From: Azolla caroliniana
Lineage: Eukaryota > Plantae > Polypodiophyta
Assembly: GCA_043228905.1 (NCBI GenBank)
Contig: JBHGNT010000013.1
Span: 10,168,001 to 10,232,000, forward strand
DNA length: 64,000 nucleotides
Direction of reading: 5' to 3'
Shown here in pieces: positions 11,836 through 21,800 of the stretch (position 1 is the stretch's first letter; each line of letters begins with the position of its first letter). Both the position numbers and the translations under genes were made by a program. The notes beneath the pieces are model-generated. The model was not told where the DNA came from. It did no database searches and worked only from the letters and a program-made list of their open reading frames with translations.

Positions 11836-14800
11836 CTAAACAGTATTTCGCTCCACTACGTCTGGGCCCCTTGACCGAGTAACTGGTCTTGTTCCCGATC
11901 GTGGCCCCTTCTTCAGCCTTTTTCTGGTTGGTTCCCCATTTAGCCTTGCTTCTAGGACCCAATGCGCAAGTGTGTCCTCCTCCGACAACCTTCCCATCGC
12001 CTCAGCAGCTAATTGCACATCAGCCGTTTCTTGAACTAGCTTTTCAAGTACAGAGGGATCTGTTTGGACATTTTCAGTAGTTGGGCTCGGTGGGGTGGAA
12101 TCAAGGTCTTGAGACTCGAAGAAATGTTGCATCAAGTGTTCATAAACACTGTTGTTGTGAACCTCAGTTTTACATGTTGTTTCCACTATTTCATGGCATT
12201 TCACATCGTTGCCTAATTCAGTACACTGTTCCAAAAGAATAGGGTGCAGCTGATCTGAAGGAGATGTGATAGCAGGACTCTTACTTTCAGCCACATTGGC
12301 AGTAGTATCCTCATCTGTTGCAGCATCATCAGCACCAGACACATCATGTGCCGTCCTTAATCCACAAGATTCTACAATAACATGACAGTTATTTAGGATA
12401 GCTAATTAGCTACTTTACTAAACTATGGTAGAAGCTAGGATAGCTAATTAGCTAGTACGATAGCTAATTAGCTAGTATGATAGCTAATTAGGTACTTTAC
12501 TCAACTATGGTAGTAGTTAGGATAGCTAATTAGGTACTTTACTCAACTATGGTAGTAGTTAGGATAGCTTATTAGCTACTAGGATAGCTAATTAGCTGCC
12601 AGTAGCTAATTAGCTACTAGGATAGCTAATTAGCTGCCAGTAGCTAATTAGCTACTAGGATAGCTAATTCGCTAGTAGGATAGCTAATTAGTTGCCAGCA
12701 GCTAATTAGCTACTAGGATAGCTAATTAGCTACTAGGATAGCTAATTAGTTGCCAGTAGCTAATTAGCTAGTAGGATAGCTAATTAGGTACTTTACTATG
12801 ATAGCTACTACATAGGTAACTGGCTACTCTCAATAGCTACTACCATGATAGCTAATTAGTTAGGATAGCTAATTAGCCACCATTATAGCTAATTAGCTAC
12901 TAGACCAGCTAATTAGCTACCATGATAGCTAATTAGTTACTAGGACAGCTAATTAGCCACCGTGATAGCTAATTAGCTACCATGATAGCTAATTAGCTAC
13001 TATACCAGCTAATTAGCTACCATGATAGCTAATTAGCTACTATACCAGCTAATTAGCTACCATGATAGCTATTTAGTTACTAGGAAAGCTAATCAGCCAC
13101 CATTATAGCTAATTAGCTACTAGACCAGCTAATTAGCTACCACGATAGCTAATTAGCTACTAGACCAGCTAATTAGCTACTAGGATAGCTAATTAGCTAC
13201 TAGGATAGCTAATTAGTTGCCAGTAGCTAATTAGCTAGTAGGATAGCTAATTAGGTACTTTACTCAACTATGGTAGTAGCTAATTAGCTAGTAGGATAGC
13301 TAATTAGCTACTAGGATAGCTAATTAGCTGCTAGTAGCTTATTAGCTACTAGGATAGCTTATTAGCTACTTTACACAACTATGGCAGTAGCTAATTAGTT
13401 ACTAGGATAGCTAATTAGTTGCCAGTGGCTAATTAGCTACTAGGATAGCTAATTAGCTACTAGGATAGCTAATTAGTTGCCAGTAGCTAATTAGCTAGTA
13501 GGATAGCGAATTAGGTACTTTACTCAACTATGGTAGTAGCTAATTAGCTAGTAGGATAGCTAATTAGCTACTTTACACAACTATAGTACTAGCTAATTAG
13601 CTAGTACCATAGCTAATTACCTACTAGGATAGCTAATTAGCTAGTAGGATAGCTTATTAGCTACTTTAAACAACTATAGTAGTAGCTAGGATAGCTAATT
13701 AGCTACTATGGTAGCTAATTAGCTACTTTACTCAACTATGGTAGTAGCTAGGATAGCTAATTAGCTACTTTACTAACTATGGTAGTAGCTAGGATAGCTA
13801 ATTAGCTACTTTATTAACTATGGTGGTAGCTAGGATAGCTAATTAGCTACAATGAAAGCTAATTAGCTACTTTCTCAACTATGTAGTAGCTAGGATAGCT
13901 TATTAGCTACTAGGACAGCTAATTAGCTGCCAGTAGCTAATTAGCTAGTAGGATAGCTTATTAGCTACTTTACACAACTATAGTAGTAGCTAGGATAGCT
14001 AATTAGCTACTATGGTAGCTAATTAGCTACTTTACTCAACTATGGTAGTAGCTAGGATAGCTAATTAGCTACTTTACTAACTATGGTAGTAGCTAGGATA
14101 GCTAATTAGCTACTTTATTAACTATGGTGGTAGCTAGGATAGCTAATTAGCTACAATGAAAGCTAATTAGCTACTTTCTCAACTATGTAGTAGCTAGGAT
14201 AGCTTATTAGCTACTAGGACAGCTAATTAGCTGCCAGTAGCTAATTAGCTACTAGGATAGCTAATTAGCTGCCAGTAGCTAATTAGCTACTAGGATAGCT
14301 TATTAGGTACTTTACACAACTATGTCAGTAGCTAATTAGCTAGTAGGATAGCTAATTAGCTTTTTTACACAACTATGGTACTAGCTAATTAGCTAGTACC
14401 ATAGCTAACTAGCTACTAGGATAGCTTATTAGCTACTTTACACAAGTATGTCAGTAGCTAATTAGCTACTATGATAGCTAATTAGCTAGTAGGATAGCTA
14501 ATTAGCTAGTAGGATAGCTAATTAGTTGCCAGTAGCTAATTAGCTAGTAGGATAGCTAATTAGCTTTTTTACACAACTATGGTACTAGCTAATTAGCTAG
14601 TACCATAGCTAACTAGCTACTAGGATAGCTTATTAGCTACTTTACACAACTATGGCAGTAGCTAATTAGTTACTAGGATAGCTAATTAGTTGCCAGTGGC
14701 TAATTAGCTAGTAGGATAGCTATTTAGCTTTTTTACACAACTATGGTACTAGCTAATTAGCTAGTACCATAGCTAATTAGCTACTAGGATAGCTAATTAG

Positions 14801-16743
14801 CTAGTAGCTCATTAGCTGCCAGTAGCTAATTAGCTAGTAGGATAGCTAATTAGAAAAGACTAAGCTTATTAGCTACAGTATGGTATACCTGTTTGTTTTC
14901 TCCACTCATTTGGTAGAGTTGTACTGCAATCTCCCAAACAGAATGCAGCAATTCGACAGGCATGTTGAAAACAAAGTAGATGGTATGTGTGGTTGCATGG
15001 TTGTAGGTGAACCAACAAAGACACAGTTTTGTCCTCCACACCTAACCCGCAAGCGATGCAACGTGCTTGAACTGTCAATAAATCATTTTCTGGTTCTACT
15101 TCATTTGGTAAGGGAGCAAGAATGTTCAGGTCCAAATCCTGTCTGGTCCTTACCATTCCCTCCACAAAATGTAGCTTCTTCTTAAGGCAGCTAACTACCT
15201 GTTCTTGATGAATGTATTGTTCCTTCAACGCAACAGAGAAATTTACCGATTAATTATTCTTGTTGTTGAAAGATACACCAACTTTGCTCAGGAATCGTTA
15301 ACTTACTTGAAGCTTATCCAAATTGTAATCTGCAACAGTATTTACACCTAGAAGGTCCAGGTTCATTGAAAGAACCTGGATCTCTATTTGCAGTTCTATT
15401 TTACGCTGGGGATCCAGTGGCCCCTCTAATTCAAGCTCCTGTTGCGCAACCTATTCCAGATAATGCTTGATTAGCACATTTTACCCGTTATTTATAACAC
15501 AATCACATACCAGCAAAACAATAGTTACCTGAATCTTATTTCTAATTGTTGTAACAGCAGAAGTAACTTTGCTCTCCATTGCAGAAGCCATTGTGGCTTT
15601 CTCTAAATCAGTCTTAAAAAATGCCAATGTCTCACAGGCTTCATGGACATTTTTTAGCATATAGCTAACCAATGTCTCACCTGTATCATCGACATTGGCT
15701 TTCCTTGGGTGTCGGTGTGGTGTATGCCCCCGGTCTTGCTGGGAGTCGGCAGTTGCATCAACAGCTGCCATGCTCCAAAATCTGTCTATTTTTTGTGCCA
15801 AGGTCCCCATCTTTCGGCATCTTTTTACCGATGCCTCACCATAGACTGCCCAAGCTACCCTATACATTTCAGGGTCTCTAGATTCCTTCGCTGTTTTGCA
15901 GTACTCATATGCAAATGCTCTAGCAAATGAAACTGACAACTCATTGTTGACTGGGATCTCCTGATGAACTTTCTGGTGCAGTCTCATGCAGTCATCGTAC
16001 AAGTCGGCTCGTACATGCTTCAGCTTGACCTTGCCTTTGACTCTAGGCACTGTATATACTGTCATCCAGTCTATATCACTGATCAATTTATCACTTAGGA
16101 CAACAGGGTCAACACCCTCGAGTGACAGACCATAGGTGTTGTGGAAGTCCTCCTTTGTCTCGCAAAATTTTGCGAAGTTTAGCACTCTCGTATACGGAGG
16201 AACGAGCCATCTGAAATATCATTTCAGAAATCAGAAATAGTGCAAAATCAGAATATGTGAGAATCAAAAACCCCAATCAACAACAACAAAAATGGTGCAA
16301 AATCTTTAACTTAACCTAATCAAAATTTGTAATCAGAAGTTTGAAATCAGAAACCCTAATCAAAATCTGTAATCAGAAGTTTGTAACCAGAAACCTTATT
16401 CAGAAATTCTAATCAGAAATTTATAATCAAAAACCCTAATCAGAAATTTCAATCAGAAACCCTAATAAAAAATTTCAATCACAAACCCTAATCAGAAATC
16501 CTAAGCAGAAATTTATAAACAAAAACCCTATTCAGAAATTCTAATTTGTAATCAAAATTTGTAAACAGAAACCCTATTCAGAAATTCTAATCAGAAATTT
16601 ATAATCAAAAACCCTAATCAGAAATTTCAATCACAAACCCTAATCAGAAATTTCAATCACAAACCCTAATCACTAAAGACAGGATTAAACACAAAAAAAG
16701 TAATATAAACACACCTGTTGCTACTCCCCGATTTGCGAGACAT
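11836..16743 (-). CDS. Sola accessory gene with RING-H2-like finger; predicted exons 16743-16715, 16210-15529, 15450-15307, 15198-14889, 12371-11836 (~566 aa)
   Basis: GT-AG junctions with compatible phases join MSRKSGSSNR|WLVPPYTRVLNFAK...NKIQ|VAQQEL...DKLQ|VVSCLKK...CIAC..PCNHTYHLLC..CLGDC...KQT|ESCGLRTAHDVSGADD with no stops. The exon-4 acceptor is ambiguous (15198 or 15222). Confidence 0.7.
12395..14875. repeat. 2.5-kb TAGCTAATTAGCTA palindrome array filling an intron of the accessory gene
   Basis: Array seen directly, bounded by the donor at 14888 and the acceptor at 12372. Confidence 0.95.
16265..16675. repeat. AATCAGAAA/AAACCCTA (telo-box-like) repeat array in the first coding intron of the accessory gene
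   Basis: About ten aaacccta copies interspersed with aatcagaaattt. Confidence 0.8.
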
Positions 16744-17197
16744 CCTTGTATGGGACTCCAAGGACTTCGCCCTATTCGATTTTGGGGAAATATGAATCGG
16801 CACCAAAGTTCAGACAGTAGTCAAAAAGAAAAAACAAATGTTTGGGGTTTCTGTAACTGAAACATACCTGGACGATGATCGAGCGGGTTCTGTGTTGTAG
16901 CTCTCAATCTGCAATGTCGATTTTTTGCTGTTGCGGGAGCTACGTCTGCGTTCGTGCTCTGAGTACTCCATCTGCGTTCAAAATCAGACTTAGGCTAAAC
17001 AGGAAATTGATGACATTGAAGTCGACCTTAGATGATGGTGATATTCCCCAAGTTCCACTACGTCTGAAACAGAAGTTCAAATATTTGAGTTTTTTCATAA
17101 ATTAGTTTTTCAAATATTTGATTTTCCCACAAGAAAGACTAGCTAAACAAATAGCTAATTAGCTATGGCCATTTTAGTAGCTAATTAGCTATAATAG

Positions 17198-17222
17198 TGT
17201 TTCCACTCGCATGCTTTTACCC
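17198..17222 (-). repeat. Right terminal inverted repeat
   Basis: Matches the left TIR; followed by TSD ATCA. Confidence 0.92.
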
Positions 17223-17819
17223 ATCATTGGTTGCGGGAGAAAGTGGAAGAAGGAGAGTTTACGCTTGTGAAGATCCATACTAACAACAATGGATCCGACA
17301 TGCTCACAAAGAACCTACCGATGGATAGACTTAGAGTCTGTCGACAGAAGACAGGACTAACAGACTCCACCCACAAAAGCGAAGGGGGAGTTTGTTAGGT
17401 ATATGTCCCTCATGTGGGAGGATCCGACTATTTGGTTAAGAGAGAACAAACAGTCGAAGATAAGGAGTAGTCGACTGGTCGGGCTAAGAGCAGATACTCG
17501 AATACACAGAGAGTCGTCTAGAAGAGTTGAAAGTATAAGTGATCCAAGACGACGACACGACTGACTAGTTGGGCCAACCGGATGGTCGACGACAAGGCCG
17601 ACAAGTCGGGCAGACTAGTCAATCGACACTGAGTCGGCTAGTCGATTAGTCAACTGATTAGTAACTGTTACTGTTATTATTATTATTAGATAATAATAAT
17701 AATAGAAATATTTATAAATAGCCCATATGGTGTATAAGTATAAATACACCTAGGGCAAACTTTATGAGTTGAGTAGAACATAGCGAAACGTTGTGTAGAC
17801 AGAGAGAGAGAGAGTGTGG
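17223..17819 (+). mobile_element. Ty1/copia 3' end (RNase H tail, PPT, start of 3' LTR); LTR resumes at ~32880-33082
   Basis: YHWLREKVEEGEFTLVKIHTNNNGSDMLTK, then PPT gaagggggagtt, then TGTTAG at ~17394. Copia-type LTR motif gtggttttccc..agggtttccacgtaaa at ~32995-33030. Confidence 0.75.
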
Positions 17820-18161
17820 TGTCACGAACGGGTGGAATTAGGCTAAGCACTAAGGGAGATCGAGAGCATAAGCAAGACCACAAGATTGTCAAGGACAAGT
17901 AGACGAGGCTAAATATTAAGAGATAGCGGGAGAGAGATCATAGACAAGAGAACAAGCAAGAGAGAGGATAGAAAAATAAACAAGAACTGTATATGCTTTC
18001 GTAACTGGTGTTTTTCACCTTGATTGTAATGAAGGTGCACTGCAGTATTTATACAAGAATGTGGGGGTATGCATGAAAGCTAGAAGACTTCTAGAGAGTG
18101 CATGAAGATGCATTCTCTAGAAGGTTCTTGAAAGTTCTAGTGATTAAGCTATAATGCACAG

Positions 18162-18232
18162 ATAGATGTAGCTCAATTGGTAAGGTTGCCCAATAAGAGC
18201 AGAAGGTCATGGGTTCAATCCCCACCATTCCA
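18162..18232 (+). promoter_or_regulatory. tRNA-like Pol III A-box/B-box cassette in the LTR U3 (antisense to the element); second copy at ~32786-32858
   Basis: A-box TAGCTCAATTGG (18169-18180), AGGTC variable-loop-like segment and B-box GGTTCAATCCC (18212-18222), at tRNA-like spacing. Confidence 0.6.
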
Positions 18233-18784
18233 TGTGGCATCTTGTCTATGACATTATCCTCCCTCTAAGGCCGCCTCCTTGGACCCGCGGCCAATTTTTG
18301 TGGATAACGTTCATGAAATGCTCGAACTATGTCCGGGGCATGCTTGAGATGATGTGTCGGCTCCCATGTTGCTTCGGAGATCGGGTACCCTTTCCAGAGG
18401 ACTGTTGGCCGGTCAGAAGAAGGCAAATGGGAAAGCAAAGATGAATCGGAGTCGAAGCGGATAAATAGATAAATAGAATTATTAGGAGGGACGGATCCGG
18501 TAGTTGTAACCGATTCGGATCCGAACCGATTCGGTTTCGGTTAACGGTTGCCTAAGAGCACCGATTGTAATCTGGCCGGATGCCTATAAAAGGATCCGAT
18601 GTTTTGTAATGAAGTAACGAAGAATTAATATAGTCTTGCTTATGCTTATTGATCTTATCTTCGTCTGTGCTTAAGTGTAATTATCATACGCGTGTATTAA
18701 CATCCTATCTCTACCATCCCTTTGGAGAAGTGTCGGATAGACACCTGTGTTGCGGCTAGTCCAGCCATACATACAACACTATTT

Positions 18785-18794
18785 TGGCGACCAC
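18785..18794 (+). other. Primer binding site, probably tRNA-Arg
   Basis: TGGCGACCAC 6 nt after the 5' LTR; complementary to the ...GUGGUCGCCA 3' end I recall for plant tRNA-Arg(UCG). Confidence 0.6.
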
Positions 18795-18830
18795 GATTCC
18801 TGCAGAGTGCAGAGGACAACCGGGGGATGA

Positions 18831-21800
18831 ATGTCTAGACAAAACAACGACCACCTCACCGAAAGAGGGAGACGCCACGCCGAACGACAGCGACGACGGG
18901 AAGCCCTGCAGCAAGCCGTCGACGAGATCCGGCGCGATCGGTCATTCTCAAAAACGCTTCGGCAAATCGCAGAAGAAGCACTGCAGTTCCAGGTTCTACA
19001 AGCTTCCGACGAAGGCAGTAGCATAACCAGCCTCCAAGAAGCGGAGACACTACTACAGACTCTCGCTGGCGGCGACGGGGACGCAGCGGCATTTGCAACA
19101 TTAGAGGTGGATTCGGATAGCGGGGAAAGCGTGGGATCCCGTTATAAAAGCAGCCACGAGAACAACCCCTTTGAGTCGGATTACTCAGCAACATCGGAGC
19201 CAGAGGAGGAAATAACTCTGGAGTTCGGTGACCAGCAATCGCCGAGGAGGGAGGAGCGGTTATCAACACCACCCGCGGAGGAACCGCAGGAGCGGATACC
19301 AACACCACCCGCGGAGGAACCGCAGGAGCGGTTATCAACACCACCCGCGGAGGAACCGCAAGAGCGGATACCAACACCACTTGCGGGGGAACCGCAGGAG
19401 CGGATACCGACTTCGGAGGAACCAGCGCAGGAGAATCAGTGGGACGACACGATGCCGTATCCGTACCCAAAGTATCGGGATGAGCCCGACGCAGAGGCAC
19501 ATGTGTATGCATTCCTGCAAACATGGGAAGCCAACCACGTGTCCCAGAGACTGACGGAGCCCGAGGCTGACCGATCCAAAGTCGCCGAATTCGGCATGAC
19601 ATTAGAAGGACCGGCGGCCCGGTGGCACGCAAAGCACTTACCAGGCAGCTTCGCCACGTTCGAGGCATTGAAAACCCAGTTTTTACGCCTGTTTCATAGA
19701 CGAGTGGAACAAAGGGAATTGGTCGGACAATTCTACACCACCCGGCAGGGAGAAAACGAGACGGTCCCACAATTTATCATTCGTTTCCAGACCTTGCACA
19801 GTCAATTAGCAAGAGCACCACCCGAAGAGGAGGCCAAAGTAGTCTTTTTGGCTGCGTTGAAAGAGCCACTTCGAGCGATGTGTGGAATCCTCGATTTCAG
19901 CACCAGCACAATGGACCAAGTCATTGATCGGGTCCTGGAAATGGACAAGACGAGCCCCTTCTTGCCGATGGGGGCGTTACACCAGGCGCTTCCGAAGGAG
20001 GAGGACCTCCGGTTCCGACAAGCCCTACAATGCACAACATGCCTAAATTCGGGGCACTCGACCGTCGATTGCACCCTGCGTGCACAGTGCATGATATGCA
20101 ATTCTCGCGCCCACACAACGAACCGATGCGAGTATAACTTGTTAACTCGACAAGCGGCACCGGTCCGACACATAGAACCGCGCAATCGGGACCCGGAAGA
20201 GGATCGATTCCGGAGGGACGACCGCTACCGACGAGAATGCGGCGACAGATACCCCGATAGAAGACGCGACAGCTATGACCGAGAGGAGAACCGCAGGGAT
20301 ATCTACCCCCGGGACCGGTACGACCGAGACGAATCCCCGGAATACGAGCGACGCAGAGAAGAAAGGCGGCCAGGGAACCGGAATTTCCGACGGAACCAAA
20401 GGCGTGGATTCTTCCGTAGAGAGGAGCGTCGGGAGGCAGCAAGGAATGACAAACCAGTAGCGGCACCGGAGAACCGAAAAACCGAGGACAACCGCCGGGG
20501 AATGCCCCTTCCCCAAACAGGGGAAAAAGGAGAATCCAGCAACACGCACAGGGTGTACTGTTATTACTGCCGAAAAGAGGGGCATTACAGTAATCAATGC
20601 CCAAGCAAAACAACCGACAAGCAGCCGGCAGTCAACATGGTGACAGCCGAAGTACAGCAGGTTACCACGCGGTCGAAGGGGAAGGCCGCCGAATGGGAAG
20701 CCCAGGAAACAATCAGAAAACAAGCGGCACAATGGATCAAAGAAGCCAACGAACAAGGTGCGGCGGAAGTAAGAGACCAAAATATGCCAAAGGATGAGGA
20801 AATCGTACAGCCAGGAGAAAACCCGACATGGCAAGCACTACAAGATTGTCAGATCGTGCTGCCGATGGCACGGTTACTGCAGTTGGTGCCGCGGTTTACA
20901 ACAGACTTACAAGCCGCCGTGAGCAAACTGACGCCGACGCCAGCACCGGCATTTTTCTCCAACCCGGAGGAAGGCCCAACGGTGGTCGATACCAGTAGCC
21001 CAGCAATCACGACAATCGTCAAAGCAAAGGAGATTCCAGGAACAATTATTGACGGAGGCTCCGGGGTGAACGTCATCAGTCGACAGACATGCGACGACCT
21101 AGGCATCCAGGAGTGGGAACCATGCCCCTTCTGGTTACGCATGGCGGATACAAGCTCAGTCCGACCAACCGGTCTTATCCGGGACTTGGAAGTAACGATA
21201 GGAGGCCACGTATTCCGGATATCGGCCGTGGTACTAGAGCTGAATGTACAAGGCGCATATCCCCTACTGTTAGGACGACCATGGCTGCGAACGGCGCATA
21301 TCAAGCAAAACTGGCAAAAGAATATGATCACGTTCCGACGAGGGAAAACAAAGGTACGGGTAGCCACGCAACCACGGGTGCTCACTAGCAAGGAGGCAAC
21401 CCCTTTATATGCCGAAAGCATCAACATGTTGGAGGGCTTACCGGATGAGGAAGTTGATCGGTACCTCGAGGAACACCCACAGATCGTCCCACTTTTTGAG
21501 GTGGATATCACGGCAGCAGTAGAGCCGTACATCACAATGCCGGACGAGCCGGACAAAGCGGCGATCCGGGAACTACGCCAAGCACAGGAAGCCCTAGAAA
21601 GAGAAATGACGATATCCCAAAGGGTGAAAGCATCCCAGCTGGAAGAGGTGGACCTCGGCACAACAGAACAACCCCGACCGGTAAAAGTCGCGAAGGAATT
21701 GCCGAAGGAGGAAAAACAGGCAATGGTAGCACTGTTAACGGATTTCAAGGACGTGTTCGCATGGTCATACGAAGACATGCGAGGGCTGGACCCCCAGCTC

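Larger units (their letters stand above)
4641..17222 (+). mobile_element. Full-length Sola2-type DNA transposon (12,582 bp) carrying an accessory gene
   Basis: TIRs gggtgaaagcatgcgagtggaaaca (4641-4665) and tgtttccactcgcatgcttttaccc (17198-17222) match 24/25. 4-bp TSD ATCA at 4637-4640 and 17223-17226. Removing the element and one TSD restores a Copia RNase H frame (IQRRYHWLREKVEEGEFTLVKIHT). GRG termini, a 4-bp TSD and the DFAENY/SDG/HGKG..DG transposase motifs fit Sola2 as I recall it. Confidence 0.88.

Noticed and set aside
16265-16675. Interstitial telomere
   Set aside because: AAACCCTA units are isolated and interspersed, not tandem TTTAGGG repeats.
18162-18232. Functional tRNA gene
   Set aside because: Acceptor, D and anticodon stems do not pair properly, and it is part of an LTR. 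Reported only as a tRNA-like cassette.
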